A DNA stretch of 52,847 nucleotides from a virus (Duplodnaviria > Caudoviricetes): the IMG/VR virus record IMGVR_UViG_3300025141_000135, positions 1-52,847 of that record; one strand, written 5' to 3'. Under the pieces are notes generated by a model. It had not been told where the DNA came from. It did no database searches and saw only the letters and a list, made by a program, of their open reading frames with translations. The position numbers and the translations under genes were made by a program. Position 1 is the first letter of the stretch, and every line of letters starts with the position of its first letter. This document shows, one piece after another, positions 19,191 to 27,197 of the stretch.

Positions 19191-21301
19191 CAGACTGTCA
19201 CCGTCTCTCCAGCCTGCTGACCCTCACTAGGCATATCTCTGTTAAAGCTATCTGCGTCTAAAGGTCCTACCCCCGCGTTCGCCGCTCTCCCATCCTGTAA
19301 GGCCTGCTGAAGCGCTTGGGCCTCTGGATTGGCGAACTCCGAAGTGCCGCCTTCCCCCTGCGTGGCGGCTGCCTGTGCTTGTGCTTGCATCTCTTGAGTC
19401 TGCTTCTCAAGCATCGGCAAAATCTCTTCAACGTCTTTCTCATTAAATCCCCTCACTAGCAATCTACGCGCAAGCTCCGGTATGTTCGGAGGAATACCGT
19501 AGGTTTGAGTGAGAAGAGGCGTAAGCCCTGCGAATAAGTTTAGCAAGTCCATCCACTGACTTCTCTCAACAGCCAATGCAGTGGACTGACTCGAAACATC
19601 CATGGTGAATAAGTACTCGCCTTCAGCAAGCTCCTTACTCAGACTAATAAACTCATTCGCGTTTTTATCCAAGAGAAATAACTTCTCCGGCCTAAATTGC
19701 GAATCAAGTTGGAACATCTTCCTGGCCTTGCGAACCTGAAACTCCGAAAGCAACGCCGAGCGCCGATTCTCCCTTGACGTATTCTTCTTCTCCATGATCG
19801 AAGCTTCTGTTGCCGTTTCAGCAGTCGGAAGCTGCACCGGCTGAGGAGTACCTGCGCTCCTATCGAACATCTGTTGAAGGAGATTCAACATTCCACCTTT
19901 GTCTGAAGGAACAGACAAGAAAGGAAGAGGGATAATAGCATTAGATCCTTGCTCACTAAGACCAGGAACCTCTACAATAGATCCATCTGGAGCATCCAAG
20001 ATATCCTGAAGGATGTCTCTGTCAATACCCGCCGCTGGATCAACAAGCCACAAGTTCTTCTGTTTCCGTATAGTATAAAGGAACGAGTCCATGATCTCAT
20101 TAGTCAAAGCCTGGACAGTGTCCCCACCAGCCATAAGCAACGGCGGCTTGTGAAACCATTGCCTAACACCAGTCTGGAAACTCAAAGTCTCTACCGGATA
20201 GTTATCAACTCTGTCGTAAGGCCACTCCTCTTCATATTGTAAGAACTTCTCACTGCCCTCGGCAATCGTAAAGAACAAATTCCTAAACTTGTTCTTGCCT
20301 ACAGGAAAGTTCCTCGCCCACACTTCCCAACCTCTTACGACATCAAAACCATCAGAGTCAAGATCCGCTTCTTTCTCTGGAGCATCCTTATAACGACTTG
20401 GCTCAAGAGTCTCTATATTCTGATAAGCTGGATTCGCTCTAACTTCATCTATAGGCAACTCCCAACCAAAGGCTATCCACCTTGCATCCATCGGCCCTTC
20501 CAGACTAAAAGCATCTGTTAAGAATAAGTCTGGCTGCCAACGAACAGCATAAGGAGAACCTCTGTGAATATTAGTATTCGCACTAGGAGCTGGCCTATCT
20601 TGAAAAAGCTTATGAAGTCTTATATGATCCATGAAAGACTCTTTGATAAGGGCCTTAAGATCATTATTAACATCTTCTTGTAAAAGAAGTCTCAGTTCAT
20701 TCTGATGTATCTGTATGTGGAAAAGATGATCCTGGCCATCTGCCACCCTCACAGGAATCCCACCCTTAAGGAACGTATTCTCCTCAGATGGATCTTCCAT
20801 ATCCAAGACTGTCATCTCCTGCAACAGCTCTTGCTCTGCTGCATCCACATCCAACTCAAAGCCAATCTTAGCCACACCATAAGGGAATAAGAAAGCGTCA
20901 AGCGCCACACGCTCGTCCACCCTTAACTGATTAGTCTCCCTATAGCGGTAATTAGTTATCTTTGCAACACCATTAGCCAAAGACGGGCTATGCGGATCTT
21001 CAGGATTTACAGTCCTCGCAGCCTCTCGAGTCTCTGGGTAACACTGAAAAGTCGGAGCTCTGTCTAACATATTAGCCAGGCTCTGGTCTATAAAACCATG
21101 AATCAAGCCACTCTTAACACGCCTTACGTGTTCCTCTTCCGCATCTCCCACATCCTGTTCCCGCTCAGTGGTCGCTTCATTATAAAACTGATTTACGAGC
21201 ACATTACAGGCATCGAACAACGGCTTCACTTTCTTCTGCACAAAGCCAATCTGCCCTTGCCAGTACTGTACTCTCAGGTCCTGCGCTGTAGGATATGACA
21301 T
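19190..21301 (-). CDS. portal protein
   Basis: 703 aa directly after TerL; DAFLFPYGVAKIG and TATEASIM patterns of P22/T7-like portals. Confidence 0.85.
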   Translation of the reverse strand: MSYPTAQDLRVQYWQGQIGFVQKKVKPLFDACNVLVNQFYNEATTEREQDVGDAEEEHVRRVKSGLIHGFIDQSLANMLDRAPTFQCYPETREAARTVNPEDPHSPSLANGVAKITNYRYRETNQLRVDERVALDAFLFPYGVAKIGFELDVDAAEQELLQEMTVLDMEDPSEENTFLKGGIPVRVADGQDHLFHIQIHQNELRLLLQEDVNNDLKALIKESFMDHIRLHKLFQDRPAPSANTNIHRGSPYAVRWQPDLFLTDAFSLEGPMDARWIAFGWELPIDEVRANPAYQNIETLEPSRYKDAPEKEADLDSDGFDVVRGWEVWARNFPVGKNKFRNLFFTIAEGSEKFLQYEEEWPYDRVDNYPVETLSFQTGVRQWFHKPPLLMAGGDTVQALTNEIMDSFLYTIRKQKNLWLVDPAAGIDRDILQDILDAPDGSIVEVPGLSEQGSNAIIPLPFLSVPSDKGGMLNLLQQMFDRSAGTPQPVQLPTAETATEASIMEKKNTSRENRRSALLSEFQVRKARKMFQLDSQFRPEKLFLLDKNANEFISLSKELAEGEYLFTMDVSSQSTALAVERSQWMDLLNLFAGLTPLLTQTYGIPPNIPELARRLLVRGFNEKDVEEILPMLEKQTQEMQAQAQAAATQGEGGTSEFANPEAQALQQALQDGRAANAGVGPLDADSFNRDMPSEGQQAGETVTV

Positions 21302-21307
21302 TATCTT

Positions 21308-21330
21308 CTCTATAACAATTTGTTATGGAG
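21308..21330. promoter_or_regulatory. 23-bp palindrome copy 4 (CTCTATAACAATTTGTTATGGAG)
   Basis: Overlaps the TerL stop codon and the portal RBS region. Confidence 0.85.
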
Positions 21331-22960
21331 CGTCAAGGCCCCAGTTATCATCTAACGGACTGGCCTCTGGAAAAGGAACTACAATACCTTCGTTCCGTCT
21401 TGGCATCCCTCTTCTCGCCCTGGTGTTTTTCATAACGTACTCATCGAAGGTACTACTACTTGGAACAATCTTTGTAGGTCCAGTTAACACCTCAGCCGCG
21501 CCTATCGCGCTGCGGAGCTTTGAGAGCTGCATACCTAACAAAGCCAAGCAATCAATCTGATCGTCATACCTAGCATTGGGAAATCTACTTATCTCGTGCT
21601 CAAGCTCTCCCAGCCAAGTAGCATTCTCAGGGACATGAAAGATTCCCATCTGCATTGCCCCTGCTATAGCTCCAGCTCTATTAACTGAATCTTTAGAACC
21701 TCTCCCTATAACACTAACATCCTCTAAGACCGTCCAGCAACCAAGTTCCGCTTTACGCTTCCTAAGAAGAGGCCCAACAACCTTACCCATCATAACACGC
21801 TCATGTAGCCATTTCAAAGGCTTATACTTAAGCATCAACTCACAAGCACTCTCCACCCCATCAAATATCTCCACTTGGTCCCTAAACACCTCAACAAGGT
21901 ATATCATACCTCGCTCATCTATGCCGAAGACCATATGAACAGTGTAGTCTCCAGAACCCTTGGTCAGTGCATAATCACTGGTTCCGTAATAAGTCATATT
22001 TTCAGGAATCTTACTATCAGGAACCTTCTTCATCCAACCAGGCTGAAAAACATCCCCCTCATCGCTGACCGGTTTCTGCTGATGCAAAGCCATAAAAAGG
22101 GACGGATTGCGCGCACGAATAGCGTGGAGCTCCTCAGTTGAGCGCATGTTAGGGCCTTCCGGCAAGAGCGCTTCGCCTGGCGCTCGGCCCAAAGGATCAT
22201 CCGCTTCTGCGAGGGAGGGAAGCCTTATAATGTCCCAATACTCTTCGCCTGCTTCGTTGAGCTTTTCAATCCGTCCCCCCAAGTCATCGTCATGCCACCT
22301 CTGCATGATTAGTATAACAGCACCTGGACCATCCTTATAAGGACGCAGACGGTTGAGCAAAACGCTCGCGTACCAATCCCAAACAGCTCTACGATTATTT
22401 AGACTGAGGGCACTTTCGTAACTCTTGAAAGGGTCATCTATGACAGCTATGTGTGCGTGGAAGCCTATCAGCCCGCCTAGTACACCCTCAGCCTTATACT
22501 CTCCACCCTGATGCGTCTTCCATTCATTCATGCTCTGAGCATCATCAGCGATCTTGATCCCAGGAAACACTAAACGAAAGCGGTCATCTTTTATTATATT
22601 CCTAACATTCCTTCCAAACCCAAAGGCCAGATCTGCTGAATAGCTTGCCTGGATGAACTCCAATGTCGGGTTTCTGCCGAAGAACCAAGAAGGAAATATC
22701 TCACTAGAAATCCTGGATTTACCAATAGCAGGAGGGACAAATATCGCCAGCCGCCGAAGTTTCCCTTGCTCGACAGCTTGCAGCTTCTCGGCTATATGAT
22801 AATGAACCTGGTAAGGATCATAACCATCATCCATGAACTGAGCGTACTTTACCAGACTACCAGCCGCCTGTTTGCGCCTGATAAGCTCTCTGGCAACCTC
22901 AGCTGGATCCTGGGCCTCAGGTGTTAGGGCCACAGGAGTATTGGCGATCAATTCATTCAC
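21323..22960 (-). CDS. terL: terminase large subunit
   Basis: Walker A-like VPPAIGKS, Walker B AVIDDP, MQRWHDDDL; RNase H-like C-terminus (SDYA...GDYT, FPNARYDDQIDCL). Confidence 0.95.
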   Translation of the reverse strand: MNELIANTPVALTPEAQDPAEVARELIRRKQAAGSLVKYAQFMDDGYDPYQVHYHIAEKLQAVEQGKLRRLAIFVPPAIGKSRISSEIFPSWFFGRNPTLEFIQASYSADLAFGFGRNVRNIIKDDRFRLVFPGIKIADDAQSMNEWKTHQGGEYKAEGVLGGLIGFHAHIAVIDDPFKSYESALSLNNRRAVWDWYASVLLNRLRPYKDGPGAVILIMQRWHDDDLGGRIEKLNEAGEEYWDIIRLPSLAEADDPLGRAPGEALLPEGPNMRSTEELHAIRARNPSLFMALHQQKPVSDEGDVFQPGWMKKVPDSKIPENMTYYGTSDYALTKGSGDYTVHMVFGIDERGMIYLVEVFRDQVEIFDGVESACELMLKYKPLKWLHERVMMGKVVGPLLRKRKAELGCWTVLEDVSVIGRGSKDSVNRAGAIAGAMQMGIFHVPENATWLGELEHEISRFPNARYDDQIDCLALLGMQLSKLRSAIGAAEVLTGPTKIVPSSSTFDEYVMKNTRARRGMPRRNEGIVVPFPEASPLDDNWGLDAP

Positions 22961-23583
22961 TGCGTTGCAGCTTCCTCTTTCTTATGATCACTAAGGGCTT
23001 CCCCAAGCACCTTACGCTCTTCATCATCTAAGACAGCAAAATCAGCCTCGATGGCTTCCGGATTAGAAGTCGCCAAACGATCAAGAACTCCCACAAGGGC
23101 CTCTGTAGAAGTCTGATCCACCGAGTGTATAACGTGCTGATCTACTTCCCGCCTCTCTGTATACCCACGATCCTTACCGAGAGTCTGAAGAACTTTCCAG
23201 CTGTAAGCCTTGTCTCCACTCTCAACAGCCCTGAATATGTTGTCCTCAGCTGTGTCGATGATCCTCTCACGTGAATCAGCCATCACTTGCTGCAGTGCCG
23301 GACTGCGAGTGATGTGGTAACGGACTGCTTGAGCAGACCCCATGCCGACCGTGTCAGCGACTTTGCTGAGGACTCCTTTGTTAGCGATGATGGCCTCTGC
23401 AAGGATATTCTCCCGAGCCTTACTCTGACCTTGGAGAGCCACCTTCACATCAACTTCTTCCTTCGCCCTGTTCCGCAAACTCGGCGCTGTGCATCCAATC
23501 TTATCAGCCGCCTCTTCAACTGTCATAGTCTGCTCGAGGGCCTGAATCATCAACGCGGAGTCTATCTCCCTTTTACGTGCCAT
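22957..23583 (-). CDS. terS: putative terminase small subunit with two HTH-like repeats
   Basis: Upstream of TerL; TVEEAADKIGCTAPSLRNR and VLSKVADTVGMGS, plus KTLGKDRGY-like C-terminal motif (QTLGKDRGYTER). Confidence 0.75.
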   Translation of the reverse strand: MARKREIDSALMIQALEQTMTVEEAADKIGCTAPSLRNRAKEEVDVKVALQGQSKARENILAEAIIANKGVLSKVADTVGMGSAQAVRYHITRSPALQQVMADSRERIIDTAEDNIFRAVESGDKAYSWKVLQTLGKDRGYTERREVDQHVIHSVDQTSTEALVGVLDRLATSNPEAIEADFAVLDDEERKVLGEALSDHKKEEAATQ

Positions 23584-23584
23584 G

Positions 23585-23701
23585 TTACTTCTTCCTAGTC
23601 CCAGCCTTCTTCACCTTCTGGCCGGTCTTCTTCGCATAAGTCTTTGCAGCCTTCTGGCCAGACTTTGAATACGAGAATTTCTTTCCTCCAACTTTAGGCA
23701 T
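23585..23701 (-). CDS. 38-aa lysine-rich protein (MPKVGGKKFSYSKSG... type; not in ORF track)
   Basis: Manual translation MPKVGGKKFSYSKSGQKAAKTYAKKTGQKVKKAGTRKK; exactly fills the gap upstream of terS. Confidence 0.75.
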   Translation of the reverse strand: MPKVGGKKFSYSKSGQKAAKTYAKKTGQKVKKAGTRKK

Positions 23702-24371
23702 TTTCAGCCACCTTTCTCAAGGCCACAGCTCCGTTACTTTCTTTGGACTCTGCCTCTATATGCCAATCAGGGACTACGTCTTGTATAGCTTGAGGATAAG
23801 GACGAGTCTCGGAAAGGATTTCTTCCAGCGGATAGTCCACACCGATACTTGTAGTTGTGGCTTCTTTTATCCTTAGGACATCTCCATTCTCAACATAAGA
23901 ACTTTCTATACTGTCTATAGTACTGAAATAACCAAAACTCATAGTTCCATTTCTGTCAGCAAACTCTTCTGTATCATGTATCGCTATAATACCATCATCA
24001 GCCATAACTCTTCTAAGCGCTAAAAGTTCTTTCTCTAAAGTCCAATAGTTATGATCTGTGTCTAGTACACAAAAGTCTATAGAACATTCTTCCATCTTAG
24101 GAAGCTCTACGTAAGACACTCCATATATCCACTCAAGCTGATCATGCTCAAATACTGCTCTTTTTATATCAATGCCACCATCTGGAAGCTCTTGCGTCCA
24201 TGTAGGATATTCAGGACTAATAACTATAAGCTTATACCCCAACTCTTCAGCCAGGTATATAAGATTAATAGTATTCTCTCCTTTGTTAGCTCCCAACTCA
24301 AGCACAGTCTTAGGCTGACGCTCTTTAATAAGAGCTTTCAGATTCAAATGTTTATCAAAGTGTCTGTGCAT
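23694..24371 (-). CDS. class I SAM-dependent methyltransferase (Methyltransf_24-like)
   Basis: PKTVLELGANKG, IDFCVLDTDHNY, GIIAIHD. Confidence 0.85.
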   Translation of the reverse strand: MHRHFDKHLNLKALIKERQPKTVLELGANKGENTINLIYLAEELGYKLIVISPEYPTWTQELPDGGIDIKRAVFEHDQLEWIYGVSYVELPKMEECSIDFCVLDTDHNYWTLEKELLALRRVMADDGIIAIHDTEEFADRNGTMSFGYFSTIDSIESSYVENGDVLRIKEATTTSIGVDYPLEEILSETRPYPQAIQDVVPDWHIEAESKESNGAVALRKVAENA

Positions 24372-24451
24372 ACCTTATAAGGGTACGAGGGAGCTCAATA
24401 GTGCGGAGCAGGGCTGGAAGGGACAGTACACACCACCTCGCTCCCCCGGCC

Positions 24452-24631
24452 CTAAGCTTCTACAGTTTCTTCAATCCCTCTTTTCCGCAAACCCATTCTG
24501 CTCCTAACGATTCTCTGCACCACATCCAGGTCCCAGCCCAACTCTTCAGCGATGCCCAATTCGGACAGGCCGCTGTCAAGAAGCGCGAAGACCTTCCTAT
24601 GCTCACTCCACAAATCGTCTACTCTTATCAT
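24452..24631 (-). CDS. 59-aa helix-turn-helix protein (not in ORF track)
   Basis: Manual translation MIRVDDLWSEHRKVFALLDSGLSELGIAEELGWDLDVVQRIVRSRMGLRKRGIEETVEA; first gene after a sigma70-like promoter. Confidence 0.75.
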   Translation of the reverse strand: MIRVDDLWSEHRKVFALLDSGLSELGIAEELGWDLDVVQRIVRSRMGLRKRGIEETVEA

Positions 24632-24657
24632 CTCGTCCCTAAAACCTTTCTACCATA

Positions 24658-24686
24658 AATGTATATAAGAGAGTGCCACTATGCAA
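24658..24686 (-). promoter_or_regulatory. sigma70-type promoter, leftward (TTGCAT-N17-TACATT)
   Basis: 17-bp spacing; the same hexamers occur in the rightward promoters. Confidence 0.6.
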
Positions 24687-24727
24687 ACCATATTTGCACA
24701 TTCTTTCCCGCCAAGCAAACCCTCCAA

Positions 24728-24750
24728 CTCTGTAACAATTTGTTACGGAG
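24728..24750. promoter_or_regulatory. 23-bp palindrome copy 5 (CTCTGTAACAATTTGTTACGGAG)
   Basis: Non-coding; about 40 bp upstream of the leftward -35. Confidence 0.85.
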
Positions 24751-25234
24751 TTCACAACGCGCCACCAACGAGAAGCCTGTCTTCCCCACCCATCCCCCTT
24801 GACGTTTTGAAAATTAGCTCAGAAATTTTTAGGAGCTGAAATATAATAAACGTGTGCACGCGCGGGATGCCGCGACAACTAGTTTGGCATGCCTAGCATC
24901 CGTTCTGTTGGCAATACTTTTTTCGCCACTATAATGAATATATACATTATAGTAATAAAAAACATAACAACTATTTTATTAGTACTTTCATAAGTATAAT
25001 AAAAACAACTATTTAGATGTTTTGTCAGTGTCAATATGACATATTTTTCTATGCTATTTTGACACTAGTTTACATAACAATTACACTAGGTTGTGTACTT
25101 TCATGACATTTTTTGACATTTCTATGCCAAGTTGTCAATAATATTATCATAACTCGTTTAAAAACAACTAGATACGTCCACTAGTTTAATTCCGATACAT
25201 GAACTAGGCATTTAATTGTATGTAAATATATGTA

Positions 25235-25247
25235 AATAAACGAGTTG
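25235..25247 (+). promoter_or_regulatory. IHF-like site (AATAAACGAGTTG)
   Basis: One mismatch to WATCAANNNNTTR, about -57 to -45 from the predicted sigma54 start. Confidence 0.4.
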
Positions 25248-25264
25248 CACCCAATACTTTTTGT

Positions 25265-25281
25265 TTGGCACGGGATTTGCA
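25265..25281 (+). promoter_or_regulatory. sigma54 (-24/-12) promoter 1: TTGGCACGGGATTTGCA
   Basis: Exact match to YTGGCACG-N4-TTGCW, with GG-N10-GC spacing. Confidence 0.75.
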
Positions 25282-25386
25282 TTGTTTTTTTTTCCAGCGT
25301 TTTTTGTTACACTCGAAAAATAAATTTATTCACATTTTTACGGGAGTATATATATCGACAGGTTCGCATGCTAGAAATACCATAGT

Positions 25387-25568
25387 TCCGTACCATAGAC
25401 AAGTACCGGCCTAGGGCATACGCCTAGGTGAATACCACGCAGGGAGGCTTGCGCGTGGCGGGGAGTACGGATACCAGCACATTGAGACTAGCGACAAAAG
25501 TAGTGGGAGGAGCGGCTCGCGCCATGATCCCAACTCGGTGCTACTCGCGATAACACCTCATACGGTGC
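25387..25568 (+). ncRNA. candidate structured non-coding RNA/leader
   Basis: GC-richer island in AT-rich non-coding DNA with nested helices (see findings); no family recognised. Confidence 0.4.
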
Positions 25569-25616
25569 AAGGATTCAACGCTAGAATGGACACTAGACAA
25601 ATAGTTTTCGGAACTA

Positions 25617-25653
25617 GGGTCTAGTGGGATTCTTGTTGGGGCCATCTAGTTTC
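25617..25653 (+). repeat. 5' arm of a 37-bp long-range inverted repeat
   Basis: Pairs with 26167-26203 (29 Watson-Crick, 7 G-U, 1 U-U). Confidence 0.85.
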
Positions 25654-25684
25654 CCACAACAAAATCTAGGGGAAACAAAGAATC

Positions 25685-26152
25685 ATGGCTAAAAAATTCC
25701 AGAACTTTCTAGTTGAGGATATGAACAAGAAAGTAGTCCACGGTGGACACAAGCATGAATTACGGATAGCGTTTACCGAGGACTTGACCGCGGAGATCGT
25801 GAAAAAGGGATTCCATGACTACTTGATGCGTATGGCCGCTGAGAAGTATCGCAAAATCTCGGGCCAAATCAAGGAATATCAAACTAGTGTCGAGGATCGC
25901 CAGATGGCAAAAGAGATCCATGACACTGGAGTATGGAAGACCACGGACCGGTTCATCCTGGGAACGCTCCGCACATCGGTAGTTGTCGAAAAAGTACCAA
26001 TGACTGCTCAGGAAACGGTTGCCGTCATGACGCTCGAGGAACTCAAGGCCGCGGTGGCTTTGGCCGAACAGGTTGCGAAAGAAAACACAAACGAGGACTC
26101 GGCTGAGGATACAAACGAGGACTCGAATGATATGGAACTCGCTGCTGGATAA
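25685..26152 (+). CDS. early hypothetical protein with acidic repetitive tail (155 aa)
   Basis: RBS GGGGGA; ends in NTNEDSAEDTNEDSND. Confidence 0.8.
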   Translation: MAKKFQNFLVEDMNKKVVHGGHKHELRIAFTEDLTAEIVKKGFHDYLMRMAAEKYRKISGQIKEYQTSVEDRQMAKEIHDTGVWKTTDRFILGTLRTSVVVEKVPMTAQETVAVMTLEELKAAVALAEQVAKENTNEDSAEDTNEDSNDMELAAG

Positions 26153-26166
26153 ATTAGTACACATAT

Positions 26167-26203
26167 GAGACTAGGTGGCCCCAACTAGGATCCTGCTAGG
26201 TCC
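26167..26203 (+). repeat. 3' arm of the 37-bp long-range inverted repeat
   Basis: Pairs with 25617-25653. Confidence 0.85.
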
Positions 26204-26234
26204 GACAATCCTTTCATAAAACTAGGGGATTCTA

Positions 26235-26468
26235 ATGCCTGATAGAATAGATGTGGCCGCAGACGAACTATGGCGAGCGGTGATGGAGAACCTTGGGGAT
26301 TCTATACCATTCCCAGCAAGAGGAGAAAGACCTCACGTTGAGCTAAAGACTGTGAGTATAAAACCCTTTAGCAATGCGGACCTGGAGGATGCGAGGAATA
26401 GCGAGGAGGCTTACCACGGCTTGCACATACACGCTACCGCAAGCATAGATATAAGGAGAAAGATATGA
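26235..26468 (+). CDS. hypothetical protein (77 aa)
   Basis: RBS AGGGGA. Confidence 0.65.
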   Translation: MPDRIDVAADELWRAVMENLGDSIPFPARGERPHVELKTVSIKPFSNADLEDARNSEEAYHGLHIHATASIDIRRKI

Positions 26469-26575
26469 AAGATTCTGGCCGCAAGCGCACTAGGCTGTCG
26501 CGGAAACTTTCGTTCAAGGCCCGTAAAAAGGCCCGCGAGAAGGTTCGAGACAGTAGGCGAAAGAACCGCCGATAG
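26465..26575 (+). CDS. 36-aa Arg/Lys-rich peptide (not in ORF track)
   Basis: AAGGAG RBS and ATGA overlap; MKDSGRKRTRLSRKLSFKARKKAREKVRDSRRKNRR; followed by a terminator. Confidence 0.7.
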   Translation: MKDSGRKRTRLSRKLSFKARKKAREKVRDSRRKNRR

Positions 26576-26582
26576 GCGGAAC

Positions 26583-26622
26583 ATAGGCTCGGGGGTGAGG
26601 ATTCCCTCGGGCCTATTTTTTT
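26583..26622 (+). terminator. intrinsic terminator
   Basis: ATAGGCTCGGGG...CCCTCGGGCCTAT stem followed by a T run. Confidence 0.8.
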
Positions 26623-26651
26623 GCTTGGTTGGGAGAGAAAAAAGCTTTTAG

Positions 26652-26688
26652 AAAAGCTCGCACACAAGATCGTGTGTGGGCTTTTTTT
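26652..26688 (+). terminator. second intrinsic terminator
   Basis: AAAAGCTCGCACAC-loop-GTGTGTGGGCTTTTTTT. Confidence 0.7.
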
Positions 26689-26744
26689 GTGCTTATTCCC
26701 GAGGGTGGAAAACTATTTAATATATTTTAAAAAGTTCGCGCGTA

Positions 26745-26761
26745 TTGGCACGGGTCTTGCT
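26745..26761 (+). promoter_or_regulatory. sigma54 (-24/-12) promoter 2: TTGGCACGGGTCTTGCT
   Basis: Exact match to YTGGCACG-N4-TTGCW. Confidence 0.75.
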
Positions 26762-26947
26762 ATATATAGAACGCGTGTTCATTATATAATACGGAGACAG
26801 GAACAAACAAAAAAGTATTGGGGAGAAAGATACTAGGATACTTTTGTAATTTCCACTCATTCATTTTACATTTTCCTACCGTTCTACTATCCTACCGTAC
26901 CCCCCATTCGACACAATCAAAAAAGGTCCAGGTGAGGTGGTGGTATA

Positions 26948-26993
<46 letters not shown>

Positions 26994-27094
26994 AACAAAC
27001 ACAACTTATTCCAATTTACCGATGGCGGATAGGGGGTGTGGTAGACCTATAGATAGTAGGAAAATGTATTTCTCGCCACTGTTTTACCTATGCT

Positions 27095-27117
27095 CTCCAT
27101 AACAAATTGTTACGGAG
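27095..27117. promoter_or_regulatory. 23-bp palindrome copy 6 (CTCCATAACAAATTGTTACGGAG)
   Basis: Ends 15 bp upstream of a TTGACA -35. Confidence 0.85.
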
Positions 27118-27132
27118 TTGTGAAAAATTAAT

Positions 27133-27161
27133 TTGACAACTCGCAATACATTTATTATATT
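27133..27161 (+). promoter_or_regulatory. sigma70-type promoter TTGACA-N17-TATATT
   Basis: Near-consensus, upstream of 27198. Confidence 0.8.
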
Positions 27162-27197
27162 ATATTATCGTCATTTTACAATCAAACGGAGTTTCTT

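Noticed and set aside
66-23598. Plus-strand ORFs in the left arm (e.g. 66..377, 12048..12455, 16136..16528)
   Set aside because: Antisense shadows of long, coupled minus-strand genes, with no motifs.
11122-24420. GGGCTGGAA motif at about 11122, 13933 and 24411
   Set aside because: Only three short copies in mixed orientation; cannot be separated from chance or RBS-like sequence without statistics.
24401-24658. 85-aa plus-strand ORF
   Set aside because: It overlaps a more credible minus-strand HTH gene (24452..24631) that has a promoter.
24663-24678. Minus-strand TGGCAC as a third sigma54 site
   Set aside because: No TTGC at -12; it lies within the spacer of a sigma70-type promoter.
25617-26203. 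Retron, IS element or invertible segment
   Set aside because: No reverse transcriptase, transposase or recombinase was recognised, and the arm mismatches are strand-specific G-U pairs.
26621-26836. 71-aa ORF
   Set aside because: It starts in one terminator and runs through another and through the sigma54 site; no RBS.
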